Positions 41,459-51,976 of a DNA stretch of 64,000 nt are shown here, piece after piece; position 1 is the first letter of the stretch, and every line of letters begins with the position of its first letter. Location: IMG/VR virus record IMGVR_UViG_3300028048_000040, positions 64,001 to 128,000 of that record, one strand, 5' to 3'. The notes beneath the pieces are model-generated. The model was not told where the DNA came from and did not search any database. It saw only the letters and a list, made by a program, of their open reading frames with translations. The translations under genes were made by a program, and so were the position numbers. Origin of the DNA: a virus (Duplodnaviria; Caudoviricetes).

Positions 41459-41839
41459 GTGGTTCAGGAAGTTGATTATGAAGAAGAAGATGAGAGAAAG
41501 AAGTGGAATGATATCACACAAGATTATCTTGAACAAGTAGCTCGAAAAACTGAGCTTGCTTTTGAAGAAGAATATGAGGAGGGATTAAATACTTATTTCG
41601 TAAAAGACATTGTCATTACGGAAACTAGCAGAGAAAAGAAAAAGAAAGAAAGTGCTGTATTCAGAATTGAATTTAAAATTGAAGTCGGTCCTGAATATGG
41701 TGAAGAAACAAAAGAATGTTGTACTAATGTAATTTCACCAGTAGAGTATGATTCTACTAATATTACCTTATTCGAAGATAAGGTATATGATGCTATCATG
41801 GAAACTATTGGTGAAGAATTGGAGGATGATGTAAAATGA
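41459..41839 (+). CDS. Highly acidic small protein
   Basis: GTG start with AGGAGG; early-type motif at 41377-41386. Confidence 0.75.
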   Translation: MVQEVDYEEEDERKKWNDITQDYLEQVARKTELAFEEEYEEGLNTYFVKDIVITETSREKKKKESAVFRIEFKIEVGPEYGEETKECCTNVISPVEYDSTNITLFEDKVYDAIMETIGEELEDDVK

Positions 41840-42129
41840 AACTGACTGAAGAATTGCTGGAAACCATTGGAGAAGAAGTAGAAGACGATTTGGAATTGTA
41901 TTATGAGCAAGATAATTTCGAGCTCAATAGTTCTATCTCTCCAAGAATTGCTAAATATGAAGACGACACTTTCACAATTAATATTGGTATTGATTGGACC
42001 AATACTGATACAGGTGAATCATATGAGGAACTTTATCAAATGCAAGACTTTACAGAAGATGATATTCCTGATCTTAAAGAAAAGATGGTAGAAACTATCT
42101 TGGATAATATCCGTGGTAAATTTGACTAA
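41836..42129 (+). CDS. Highly acidic small protein
   Basis: Translationally coupled to the previous gene; D/E-rich. Confidence 0.75.
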   Translation: MKLTEELLETIGEEVEDDLELYYEQDNFELNSSISPRIAKYEDDTFTINIGIDWTNTDTGESYEELYQMQDFTEDDIPDLKEKMVETILDNIRGKFD

Positions 42130-42236
42130 TAAGGAGTAATCCTTAACTTTATAGAATACTACCGTTATGGTAGTATTCTATTTTTTGTCAAACTTTTATA
42201 TAAGATTCTTTTTCAATTATAAGGAGGGTACACATT

Positions 42237-42533
42237 ATGATCACGAAGAACACCTACATTATCGTTTATGACAATTATGATTCTGTAAAAAAGGAGTATC
42301 GAGAAAAAGATCGTATCTTTGCTGCTACAGCTTTTAGTACCTGGGATCTTGTTAAAGCTGCTATGACCAAGATTTCTAATCTATATGATAAAGAACAAAT
42401 CTTTGAGTTTGACTTTGATGATGAGAATGAGTTGTTTACTCTTAAAGTGCATGTATTATATGGATATGATCTGTATTTTAGAGTTAACAGACTTGTTTAT
42501 GAACAAGATTTAGACGGGTTAGAAGTACAATGA
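42237..42533 (+). CDS. Hypothetical protein
   Basis: ORF with RBS; late-type motif at 42192-42203. Confidence 0.72.
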   Translation: MITKNTYIIVYDNYDSVKKEYREKDRIFAATAFSTWDLVKAAMTKISNLYDKEQIFEFDFDDENELFTLKVHVLYGYDLYFRVNRLVYEQDLDGLEVQ

Positions 42534-42718
42534 CAGAACAAGAAAAGATTAGAGACACGTTTGCAAGATTAGATTTGTTTCTAGCAACTCATTATTCTAC
42601 TGATGAGGATCTTAATCAAAGAATAGAAAACAAAATTAAAGATTTTAAGATAGATGTCTTTAAATATGGGTATGATGAAGCTTGTGAACGAGCATTAAAA
42701 AGAAGGTTCGGAATTTAA
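42530..42718 (+). CDS. Hypothetical protein
   Basis: ATGA overlap with the previous gene. Confidence 0.6.
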   Translation: MTEQEKIRDTFARLDLFLATHYSTDEDLNQRIENKIKDFKIDVFKYGYDEACERALKRRFGI

Positions 42719-42937
42719 ATGAAAAAAGAAAAAGACGCAATATCAAAATTAAATAGTATGATAAGAATGGACAAAATGACCAGACTAGTCAATGAACTAA
42801 AAATTGCAATGCAACCTTATATTATGTATGGTAAAGGTGGAGCATGGGATAGAGAATTGACTGGTAAAACTCTAGAAGATTCTGAAAGAGAAGATAAGAT
42901 AGATTTATATTACTATCGTAAATACGGAAAAAGATAA
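42719..42937 (+). CDS. Hypothetical protein
   Basis: Abuts the previous stop; followed by a terminator. Confidence 0.6.
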   Translation: MKKEKDAISKLNSMIRMDKMTRLVNELKIAMQPYIMYGKGGAWDRELTGKTLEDSEREDKIDLYYYRKYGKR

Positions 42938-43024
42938 GTTTAAAGACTAGAGGGAAACCTTTAGTCTTTATTTTTTGTTTTAAATACTTTATAATAAGTA
43001 CTAGAAGGAGGTAGAAGAAATCTT

Positions 43025-45481
43025 ATGGCATTTAATAAAGAAAATAAAATAACATGGGAAGAACTAAGTCCTTCCCTACAAGAAGTGTTTAAAGGTTTAC
43101 AAACTCAAATCACTAAAGAAACCGAAGAACGTGTAAAAGCTGATAATGAGTTATATGACGCATTAGCTTTACTTGAAGATAAATTGGTTAATCTAGGTAA
43201 ACAAATTGACTTGGTTAGAGGTGCATCTTTCAAATCATGGTCAATTCGTTTGTGGGAAAATCACCATATCTTCACAGATCTGTCATTCTATGAAACTCAT
43301 GATGTTCAGCAGTCTGGTGTTACTAACAAGATCACAGATAAAAGATATAACTGTATCTTTGGTATTATGAGTGGTCAGATTAATATTAATGGTGAACATC
43401 CAGGTTGGATTAAACATCAACAGCCATTTACTGGTCCTGATGGTGTAAGAAGAGTATATCTTGGTTGTGGTATTGCTATATCTGGTGGTGCATCTGTATA
43501 CAGATCAGATAAACAGGGATTAGACTTTAATAGAGTTGCTATTCTTGGAGGAAAAGCAATATGGGACTTCTGTGATGCAAGTTCTATTGGTGCTGGTTTA
43601 TTGGCTATTACATATAGCCCATGTGCGGTATATCAATCATTCGATGGAGTCAACTGGACTAAAGTTTTAACTCCTGGTGGTAATGTTAAAACTCTGTGTT
43701 TATTTAATGGTAGAGTTTTATGTGTAATTCCTGGAACCACTTATTATAGCTCTAATGGTACTAACTGGAGTTCTGTTGGTGGTAATGGATTAGGTGGTGG
43801 CTATAGCTACTCAAGATATTATGCTGGTAAGAGGGTATATATTGGCCAAGCTAATAGTGATTATGGAGGAAGAATATCAGTATCTACTGATCCAGATGGT
43901 TTTCATTATGAAAAATTAAAATATCCAAATGGAACTGTATGGAGTACAGGTAATGCTTATGTGAGATGGATTTGTTCTTGGCAACCAGCAAATTATAATG
44001 GTAAAGAATTAATTTGTTGGGGCACTGGTAATACTGGAACAGGTAACAGTCGTGCTGAATTATGGTGTTGGGATGAAACAGATGGTTCTATTTCATTATT
44101 ATATGACTTTAATGGAAAAGATAATTATAACGTAACTAAACCATCTTTGAATCATGGCCATGCTCCTATTGAACCTATGATGGAGACTTCTGCTGGTTCT
44201 AATAAGTATGTTCTTACTGGATTTAGAGAAAGTCAAATTAGATACATAGAGCCATTTGTTAATGACTATACTGGAGAATCATTCCTACTTGTTGGTACTT
44301 CTGATTGTTATTTTTATAACCACCTTAAAGATAAAGATCTTTATTATCAGCTCCATAATTATACTACTCATGTATCTGAACCTCTTCTTAATGATTCCGG
44401 TGAAAAAGTTTCGTGGAAGAAACTTGATAAAGAAGCATGGCATATGACTGATACTAGTCATTTTGTACAAGGTGAACAAGTTCAATATGGAGATTTTATG
44501 GGTAATGTATATGCTGTATCTCCTAGAGATGAGACTAAACCATTTAGAAAAGATGATCTCTGTATAGCTCTTATTAAACATACTGAAGATACTCGTGTAT
44601 ACTCAATGTCTGTATTTACAGATCCTCAGAATGTTAAATGGGCTTATGTAGGAACTGGTGGAGGTAATTACTCTGGTAAAGGTCTACTTTATAGATTTGG
44701 TTATTCTGATATGCTTAATCTTATAGAAGCTGCTAAAATTGGTGCTATTTATCCTCCAAAATGGTCTAGACTTGGTACTGGTAAAGATGGTGTAAATACT
44801 AGACTTGTTCAGTTATCTACTCGTTCTTTTCTTAAAGTTATGGGTGGTGTATCTGCTAGAGATAACTATGTTGAATTTAAGTTTGCTTTTAATAAGAAAT
44901 TCTTAAAATCTTCTGGCACTAACAGAGAACCATATATCAAACTTATTTTCAATCACCATGATACAGCAAATAACTATTCTATTATATATTATCCTCTTAC
45001 TAATACAATCAATTGTATGAGAAAAGAGAATAATGTAGATTTCCCAGTTCCAACAGTTCAAGGGAAAAAGACATTCTATACAACTAAACCATTTGATCTT
45101 TGGGAAACTACTGATATGGAAGAAGGTTCAGAATCTCCAATCATGGGCCCATATTATATTCTAGCAGCAAAAGTAAATCCAGGATTGATGGATCCAAATG
45201 CTCAAATGAGTGAAGATATTTATCCAAATCAGGACCTTGATGGTAGTATAGATTTCTATTTCAGAAAATCTAATAACCGTCAAGAACATTGTACAGATGG
45301 TGATAGAATAGCTAGTTGGACAATTGACTATGCTGGAGGTGAAAGAAAGCATATAGGTAACTATGGTTTTGAAACATTCGATATTAATGGTCTAGTTTTC
45401 ATATCAATGCATCAGATGTCTCTTGCTAGATATGAAAAAGATGCAATGGAGGATGGAGAAATTGTCTTTACAGTCAGCTAA
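43025..45481 (+). CDS. Tail fibre / receptor-binding protein with a probable beta-propeller (BNR-like repeats)
   Basis: KITWEELSPSLQE N-terminus; SFDGVNW and SSNGTNW Asp-box-like motifs. Confidence 0.65.
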   Translation: MAFNKENKITWEELSPSLQEVFKGLQTQITKETEERVKADNELYDALALLEDKLVNLGKQIDLVRGASFKSWSIRLWENHHIFTDLSFYETHDVQQSGVTNKITDKRYNCIFGIMSGQININGEHPGWIKHQQPFTGPDGVRRVYLGCGIAISGGASVYRSDKQGLDFNRVAILGGKAIWDFCDASSIGAGLLAITYSPCAVYQSFDGVNWTKVLTPGGNVKTLCLFNGRVLCVIPGTTYYSSNGTNWSSVGGNGLGGGYSYSRYYAGKRVYIGQANSDYGGRISVSTDPDGFHYEKLKYPNGTVWSTGNAYVRWICSWQPANYNGKELICWGTGNTGTGNSRAELWCWDETDGSISLLYDFNGKDNYNVTKPSLNHGHAPIEPMMETSAGSNKYVLTGFRESQIRYIEPFVNDYTGESFLLVGTSDCYFYNHLKDKDLYYQLHNYTTHVSEPLLNDSGEKVSWKKLDKEAWHMTDTSHFVQGEQVQYGDFMGNVYAVSPRDETKPFRKDDLCIALIKHTEDTRVYSMSVFTDPQNVKWAYVGTGGGNYSGKGLLYRFGYSDMLNLIEAAKIGAIYPPKWSRLGTGKDGVNTRLVQLSTRSFLKVMGGVSARDNYVEFKFAFNKKFLKSSGTNREPYIKLIFNHHDTANNYSIIYYPLTNTINCMRKENNVDFPVPTVQGKKTFYTTKPFDLWETTDMEEGSESPIMGPYYILAAKVNPGLMDPNAQMSEDIYPNQDLDGSIDFYFRKSNNRQEHCTDGDRIASWTIDYAGGERKHIGNYGFETFDINGLVFISMHQMSLARYEKDAMEDGEIVFTVS

Positions 45482-46136
45482 TCTTAATGGTATTAAAGTC
45501 TTAATGACTACTACCAGAAATGAATTAAAAAAACTAAATATTCCTAATTCAAGATTGTTTACTAATGATAGGGGCTATGGTGCAATCTACTATTCTGAAG
45601 TAACTAAAAATACTTATATTGGATGCTGTACTGTAGAACCTCCTGATTTAATTATGGCCACTAAAGAAGAGATTCCTGATTTTATTAAAGATCATATCTT
45701 TAGTTGTGCTACAGAAGATGTATTGAGTATGCATGATGTTAGACTCAAACGTAGATTAAATCGATTAGATATTGAATGGGAAGTAGAAAAAGAGTTTGAT
45801 GAGTCTGAACAACTTAAAAACTTTATGAATGCTACTAAGAATAAACCACAGTTTGTTCTAAGAAGAATGTCTACTGCTGCTGATAAGTTTGCTGATAAAT
45901 ATGGTATTAATATTAAGACCACTCATTTTGATGCAGATGGAAAAATGGCAATAGATTATTATGATTTTAATAATAGATATGTAGTATCATATGATGTATT
46001 TGGAATTACTGATGACGGTAGACTTCAATTGTATTATGTAAGATGGTATGATAAACCATCACTTCAGTATGTAGAAGATCATTTCGAGAATGATCCTAAT
46101 ATTGTTAAAGTTGGTGCTATTGAATTTATTATCTGA
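45423..46136 (+). CDS. Hypothetical protein
   Basis: ORF overlapping the previous stop. Confidence 0.7.
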   Translation: MLDMKKMQWRMEKLSLQSANLNGIKVLMTTTRNELKKLNIPNSRLFTNDRGYGAIYYSEVTKNTYIGCCTVEPPDLIMATKEEIPDFIKDHIFSCATEDVLSMHDVRLKRRLNRLDIEWEVEKEFDESEQLKNFMNATKNKPQFVLRRMSTAADKFADKYGINIKTTHFDADGKMAIDYYDFNNRYVVSYDVFGITDDGRLQLYYVRWYDKPSLQYVEDHFENDPNIVKVGAIEFII

Positions 46137-46152
46137 ATAGGGGGAAATTAAT

Positions 46153-47133
46153 ATGAAAAATAAAGGACTATATGCTATAGTCTTTGCTGTATTGGTTGCT
46201 ATATTTGGATATGCTGGTTATCAGGTATCCCAAGATCAACCTATACCAGTTATTCAGCAAACTGAACAGAAAACTATTCAAGTTAAGCATGAATCTGGTA
46301 TAACAGAAGTTAAAGTAAATCCACAGAGAATTGTAGTATTAGACTTTGGTATATTAGATACATTGGATACGCTTGGAGTAGAACCAGAAATGATTGCTAC
46401 TGCCAAACAGTATACTCCAAAATATCTATCTAAATATACGGGAGATAATGTTCAAGATGTAGGTCATCTTAAAGAACCTTCTCTTGAAAAACTAGCAGAA
46501 CTAAAACCAGATCTGATTATCATGTCTGGTAGACAGCGTCCATATTATGATAAACTTGCTGAGATAGCACCAACTATCAATTTATCTGTTGCAAATGAAG
46601 GATATCTTGATGCTCTTCATCAGCAGATGACTATTCTTGGTCAAATCTTCCAGAAAGAAGAGAAAGCAGAACAAGAATTTCAATCTCTTAAATCTGAAAT
46701 TCTGAAAACCAGAGAACAAGCTCAAGCATCTGGTAAGAAATCCCTTATGCTGATTACTGTTGGTAATAAGCTTAATGCTTATGGACCTGGTATGAGATTT
46801 GGTTTCTTATATGATGAATCTTCTCTTCATCTTCCTACTGTAATGGAAAAATCTGATTCTATCGGTGTTCAGTCTCCTGGTGGCAAAGTAATCTCTTATG
46901 AGTATATTAAAGAGAAAGACCCAGACTATATCATGATTATTGATCGTAATGCTGCTACTAATCAGGGTGGTGTAACAGCAAAAGATCTATTAGATGTAGA
47001 TATCATTAAATCTACTAAAGCATATAAGAATGATAAAATTATATATGTAACTCCAGATTTGTGGTATCTGGCCAATAATGGATATACTGGTACTTTGTTG
47101 ATGCTTAGAGAGATTCAGGATGCTATTAAGTAA
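46153..47133 (+). CDS. Iron-siderophore ABC transporter substrate-binding protein (YclQ/CeuE-like)
   Basis: NPQRIVVLDFGILDTL, VGHLKEPSLE, KPDLIIMSGRQ, SYEYIKEKDPD, WYLA. Confidence 0.92.
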   Translation: MKNKGLYAIVFAVLVAIFGYAGYQVSQDQPIPVIQQTEQKTIQVKHESGITEVKVNPQRIVVLDFGILDTLDTLGVEPEMIATAKQYTPKYLSKYTGDNVQDVGHLKEPSLEKLAELKPDLIIMSGRQRPYYDKLAEIAPTINLSVANEGYLDALHQQMTILGQIFQKEEKAEQEFQSLKSEILKTREQAQASGKKSLMLITVGNKLNAYGPGMRFGFLYDESSLHLPTVMEKSDSIGVQSPGGKVISYEYIKEKDPDYIMIIDRNAATNQGGVTAKDLLDVDIIKSTKAYKNDKIIYVTPDLWYLANNGYTGTLLMLREIQDAIK

Positions 47134-47148
47134 GGTAAAGGTGAGAAC

Positions 47149-48333
47149 ATGAATAAAAAATTAATTGCCTTGAGTGTAGGTCTAGCCTTTTCTATGAATT
47201 CTTCTATAGTATTAGCTTCTAATGAAGATAAGAAGATTGATGAAGCTGCTGCTAAGTTAACTGAAGAACCAGCTAAAGAAATGGCTCAAGAGGTAAAACC
47301 ACTTACTACAGAAGAAAGAATTGCTCAGTTAGAAAAAGAAATCCAAGAACTTAAAGAAGCTAATCTTAATAATAATAAAGAGATAAAGAAAACCAATGAT
47401 AAGATTAAGAAAGAAGACGAAAGACTTCATTTCTTTGCTACTGGTCAGGTTGCTTTATCTGGAGCTAAAGAAGAAGGAAAAGAATTCGAAGATACTGGTT
47501 CCGCATTGAAATTAAATTTTGGTGCTAGAGCTAAGCTTAATGACAATTGGACTTTCTCTTGGCTTACTAAGTCTTCTCAGGCTTTTAGAAATACTGGAGA
47601 TAGAGGTACTCAGAATACTACAAATATTTATCTAAGTGGTAAAGATCTTCTCACTAAAGGAGATAGTCTTACTTTTGGTAAATATAGAAATGATGAGCTG
47701 TCTTTGCAGCAAGTTGGTAAATCAGAACAGACTGGTCTTAAATATACCATTCCTTTTGGTAAAGAGAAAGATACTTCTCTTACATTAATAGCTGGTAGAC
47801 TTGGTACTGGTAAACCATCAACTTTCTTAAACCCAGTAATTGCCAATGCATCTGATAATGCTAATTATAGAGCTGCTATTATTCAGCATAACTTTGGTCA
47901 TACTAAAGTAGCTTTAGCTTATCGCAGAGCATCTGCTATGAATGCTGTCAATGGTTATGAATTATATACTCAATTCCCAATTTCTGGTAAATTGAGTGGT
48001 AGATATTCATACTATAAAACAGATGCTGATGATACTGGAACTACTGGTAATGCTGGTCAGTATGCTGCACTGTATTGGGGTGAATTTAAACGTGGTACAG
48101 CTCATAGTGCAGACTGGTATATCAAATTCTATCACTCTCCTAAATATTCTATGATTGATGGTGAAAATCCAAAATATGCAGATTATAATATCTGGAAGAT
48201 TGGTGGTACTTGGTCATTCACTAAGAATATTTGGTTAGAATATAATTACTCTATCTTTAATAGAATGGGTGGAGCTTCTAATAAGCTGACTAATAAACAG
48301 ACTGTGGGTGCTACACTTAAATTCTCTATTTAA
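47149..48333 (+). CDS. Exported porin-like beta-barrel protein with an N-terminal coiled coil
   Basis: Signal peptide; RIAQLEKEIQELK coiled coil; alternating beta strands; C-terminal GATLKFSI. Confidence 0.65.
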   Translation: MNKKLIALSVGLAFSMNSSIVLASNEDKKIDEAAAKLTEEPAKEMAQEVKPLTTEERIAQLEKEIQELKEANLNNNKEIKKTNDKIKKEDERLHFFATGQVALSGAKEEGKEFEDTGSALKLNFGARAKLNDNWTFSWLTKSSQAFRNTGDRGTQNTTNIYLSGKDLLTKGDSLTFGKYRNDELSLQQVGKSEQTGLKYTIPFGKEKDTSLTLIAGRLGTGKPSTFLNPVIANASDNANYRAAIIQHNFGHTKVALAYRRASAMNAVNGYELYTQFPISGKLSGRYSYYKTDADDTGTTGNAGQYAALYWGEFKRGTAHSADWYIKFYHSPKYSMIDGENPKYADYNIWKIGGTWSFTKNIWLEYNYSIFNRMGGASNKLTNKQTVGATLKFSI

Positions 48334-48339
48334 TTATAG

Positions 48340-48368
48340 ACCCTCTACCTCTATAGAGGTAGAGGGGT
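48340..48368 (+). terminator. Intra-operon hairpin
   Basis: CCCTCTACCTC-TATA-GAGGTAGAGGG. Confidence 0.65.
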
Positions 48369-48387
48369 TATTAAAGAAGGTGATTAT

Positions 48388-49311
48388 GTGAATAAAAAAA
48401 TGATGTCGTCACTTGTTTTATTAGCATCTTTATCTATTCTATCTATATTTATAGGAGTACATGATTTTACATATGAGATATTGATAGAAAGTAGAATACC
48501 TAGACTAATGGCTGTACTTCTTACTGGTGTAGGAATGGGCATAGCTGGTTTGATAATGATGCAAATATCTCAAAACAAATTTGCTTCTCCATCTACTACT
48601 GGTACAATAGAGTGTGCTGGTTTAGGAATAATATTATGTACTGCATTTCTACCAGAGACTAAGATATTTTATAAACTGTTTATCATCTTTGGTATGGCTA
48701 TGATAGGTACTAAGATATTTACAACTATTTTAGATAGAATAGTATTTAAAGATACTATGTTTATACCATTGATAGGTATCATGTATGGTCATATCATATC
48801 TGCAATAACTACAATGATAGCATATGATCAAAACCTACTCCAAGAACTTAGTATTTGGTTTGCTGGTGATTTCTCTGCTATTCTACATGGAAAATATGAA
48901 TTACTATATGCAATTATACCTGCAGTAATAGTTGCTTATATATATGCTAATGCTTTAACTATTATAGGATTTGGTCAAGATTTCTCTGAGAATCTTGGGT
49001 TATCTTATAATAAGATTAAAAATATAGGTTTGTTTATAGTTGCTTTCTTAGTAGCTTCTATAGTAACAGTAGTAGGACAAATACCATTCATAGGATTGAT
49101 CATACCAAATATCATCACTCTTATTAATGGAGACAATATAAAATCTAATCTACCATATATAGCAATCTATGGAGCTATATATGTATTGATTTGTGATATA
49201 CTAAGTAGAATACTGATATTCCCATATGAATTATCTGTATCTCTAATATCTGGTCTATTTGGTAGTATAATCTTTATGTATCTAATCTTAAGGGGGAAGA
49301 ACAATGCATGA
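48388..49311 (+). CDS. FecCD-family iron ABC permease (YclN/CeuB-like)
   Basis: SRIPRL, QNKFASPST, VGQIPFIGLIIPN, CDILSR. Confidence 0.92.
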   Translation: MNKKMMSSLVLLASLSILSIFIGVHDFTYEILIESRIPRLMAVLLTGVGMGIAGLIMMQISQNKFASPSTTGTIECAGLGIILCTAFLPETKIFYKLFIIFGMAMIGTKIFTTILDRIVFKDTMFIPLIGIMYGHIISAITTMIAYDQNLLQELSIWFAGDFSAILHGKYELLYAIIPAVIVAYIYANALTIIGFGQDFSENLGLSYNKIKNIGLFIVAFLVASIVTVVGQIPFIGLIIPNIITLINGDNIKSNLPYIAIYGAIYVLICDILSRILIFPYELSVSLISGLFGSIIFMYLILRGKNNA

Positions 49312-50266
49312 TTTTAAAACCATTTTCTATACCTCTATAGTTTTAGTTATTTCGACTTCTTTATTCTTCTTCTATGATCTTAAAGAGTCTATCTATGTAT
49401 ATTCTCTTAATATGAGATTAGGTCAAATGATTGGTATTCTATTAATAGGATATGCTATAGCTATTTCTTCAGTATTATTTCAATCTATTACTAATAATAA
49501 AATTCTTACTCCATCTATATTAGGATTCAATTCTCTATATCTGATGATTCAATCTCTAGTAATATGGTTATTTAGTGATACTAAGCCAAATTTCTGGTCT
49601 GTAAATGAATTCTTTGCATTTAGTGTAATATTAATGATAGGATTCAGCTTTATACTGTATAAACTACTATTCAAATCTTCAGTAAAGAATATATACTTTA
49701 TTCTATTAGCAGGAGTTGTATGTGGTACTGTATTTAGTTCTATATCTTCATTTATTAATAGACTTATAGAAACAGATAGATTTCAACTATTTCAGCTTAA
49801 AGCATATGCTAACTTTGACTTAATTCAATCTAATCTATTACCAATATCAATAGTACTAATTCTGTTATGCTCGTATATTGTGTATAGAAAGATACCTGAA
49901 TTAGATGTATATCTGATTGGTTCAGATAATGCTAAGATGTTAGGAATTGATATAGATAGACTACAGATTGTATCTCTTTGTGTTATATCTGTAATGGTAT
50001 CTATATCTACAGTATTAGTTGGTCCTATTACATTCTTAGGATTAATAGTGTCTAATATAGCATATACTCTTCTTAGAAGTTATTCTCTTAGATATATATT
50101 CCCACTATCTATTATATTATCATGGATTATTTTATCTATAGGATTGATTATTACTCAAAGAATAGCAACATTTGATCTTAATCTTACTATGTTGATAAAT
50201 GCATTTGGTGGAATATACTTTATCTATTTATTGATATGGGGGTCTTCTAATGATAAGAATAAGTAA
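49304..50266 (+). CDS. FecCD-family iron ABC permease (YclO/CeuC-like)
   Basis: FQSITNNKILTPSILG, LVGPITFLGL, GGIYFIYLL. Confidence 0.92.
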   Translation: MHDFKTIFYTSIVLVISTSLFFFYDLKESIYVYSLNMRLGQMIGILLIGYAIAISSVLFQSITNNKILTPSILGFNSLYLMIQSLVIWLFSDTKPNFWSVNEFFAFSVILMIGFSFILYKLLFKSSVKNIYFILLAGVVCGTVFSSISSFINRLIETDRFQLFQLKAYANFDLIQSNLLPISIVLILLCSYIVYRKIPELDVYLIGSDNAKMLGIDIDRLQIVSLCVISVMVSISTVLVGPITFLGLIVSNIAYTLLRSYSLRYIFPLSIILSWIILSIGLIITQRIATFDLNLTMLINAFGGIYFIYLLIWGSSNDKNK

Positions 50267-51005
50267 TGTTACTAAAGCGTATAAGAATAATCTAGTATTG
50301 GACAGTGTATCTGTTTCTATTCCTAATTCTAAATTTGTATCTCTTATTGGTCCTAATGGATGTGGTAAGTCTACTCTTATAAATTGTATATGTAGTCTTA
50401 TAGACTATGATGGTCATATATTTATAGATGAAGTTCCTATTAAATCTATTCCTAAAAAAGAACTAGCAAAGAAAATATCTCTTCTTAAACAAAATTCATT
50501 TCATGATCTAAAGATCACTTCTAAAGAATTAATATCTTTTGGTAGATTTCCATATTCTAATGGTAATCTTACTAAAGAAGATGATAAGAAGATAGAAGAA
50601 GTTATACAGTTCTTAGAATTAGATTCATTACAATCTAAATATATCACTGAACTATCTGGCGGAGAAAGACAAAGAGTTTATATAGGAATGATGTTAGCTC
50701 AAGATACAGAATATATGATATTAGATGAGCCACTAAATAATCTAGATATGAAGAATTCTAAACACATTATGTCTCTATTAAAGAAATTTGTAGAAGAGAA
50801 GAAGAAAACAGTCATATTAGTAGTACATGACATAAACTTCGCTTCTATGTATTCAGATGAGATAATAGCAATTAAAGATCATGATATCTTTGCTAGTGGT
50901 AAAACTAAAGCTATAATCAATGAAGATGTGCTTACTTCTATTTATGATACACCTATTAGAGTAACTAATACAGATATAGGTATATTGTGTAACTTTTATA
51001 AATAA
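50250..51005 (+). CDS. Iron ABC transporter ATP-binding protein (YclP/CeuD-like)
   Basis: GPNGCGKST, FGRFPYS, LSGGERQR, LDEPLNNLD, HDINFA. Confidence 0.95.
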   Translation: MIRISNVTKAYKNNLVLDSVSVSIPNSKFVSLIGPNGCGKSTLINCICSLIDYDGHIFIDEVPIKSIPKKELAKKISLLKQNSFHDLKITSKELISFGRFPYSNGNLTKEDDKKIEEVIQFLELDSLQSKYITELSGGERQRVYIGMMLAQDTEYMILDEPLNNLDMKNSKHIMSLLKKFVEEKKKTVILVVHDINFASMYSDEIIAIKDHDIFASGKTKAIINEDVLTSIYDTPIRVTNTDIGILCNFYK

Positions 51006-51076
51006 ATTATTCCCTAGGAGTTTGCTCCTAGGGAATTCACATTTTGATAATAGAAATATGAATGGGGGATGGATAT

Positions 51077-51961
51077 ATGTCAACATATACAGCTGACGAT
51101 AGAATATATTGGGAATTAATATCTCCTTCAGTCCAAGAACTCTTTAAGACTATTCAGTCTGAGTTTAATTTCTTTAATAGAAGATTACTAGATGAAATAG
51201 CTAGAGCTAAAGCTGCAGAAGATATATTGAAAGATAATCTAGATAAAAAGATAAAAGAACTCTTTGGTTTAGATGGTGGAGAAAAAGGACAAGTCTTAAG
51301 AACAAATAGATCTGGTCTTAGTCTATATTGCGATGACCATTGTTTCTTAGTACAGAAAAACTTAGATATTGATCCAGATTTCTTTTACAACTATGATTTT
51401 ACTACTGGTAAAGCATTAGATTCAAATAACAATCTTATAGATTTGCCATGGAGATCATTTTATTATAATCCTAAATCACAAAAGTTTTGGTGGTATAAAT
51501 TTCCTAATGATTTTACTGAAATCAAAGTTACTTTCTCTAGTGCAGATGAGGTCGATGATTCTCAAGGTGCTACTGGTGTTATGGAACTATTAGATATGGG
51601 AACAGATTTCTATGATGGTAAATTAAGATACTATAAAATATATACTAATGGATGGTGTGAACAAGGTGGCTCTTATGCTCATGTAACTAAAAATGCAGAA
51701 GATCCAACTCAGTTCGTCAATGCCAATTCTAGATATGTTCCATTAAAGAAACCATATCAAGATGCAAAATATATTATAACTTTATCACAAGAATTTTGTG
51801 AACTACCTAATGGTTATAGTCATAATAACAAAGCTGTTAGTATATTAGATCTCTATCCAGATAAGATATTAGCTGTAGCTGATGCTAGTAACTATATGCC
51901 TTATAGTAGTTATAGAACTGAAGGTTTTGTTGACTTAGTTGCATTAGGTTACAAGAGTTAA
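51077..51961 (+). CDS. Short tail-fibre family paralogue
   Basis: RIYWELISPSVQELFK N-terminus; C-terminal YTNGWCEQGG domain; late-type motif at 51039-51050. Confidence 0.65.
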   Translation: MSTYTADDRIYWELISPSVQELFKTIQSEFNFFNRRLLDEIARAKAAEDILKDNLDKKIKELFGLDGGEKGQVLRTNRSGLSLYCDDHCFLVQKNLDIDPDFFYNYDFTTGKALDSNNNLIDLPWRSFYYNPKSQKFWWYKFPNDFTEIKVTFSSADEVDDSQGATGVMELLDMGTDFYDGKLRYYKIYTNGWCEQGGSYAHVTKNAEDPTQFVNANSRYVPLKKPYQDAKYIITLSQEFCELPNGYSHNNKAVSILDLYPDKILAVADASNYMPYSSYRTEGFVDLVALGYKS

Positions 51962-51976
51962 TAGGAGAAGGTAATT

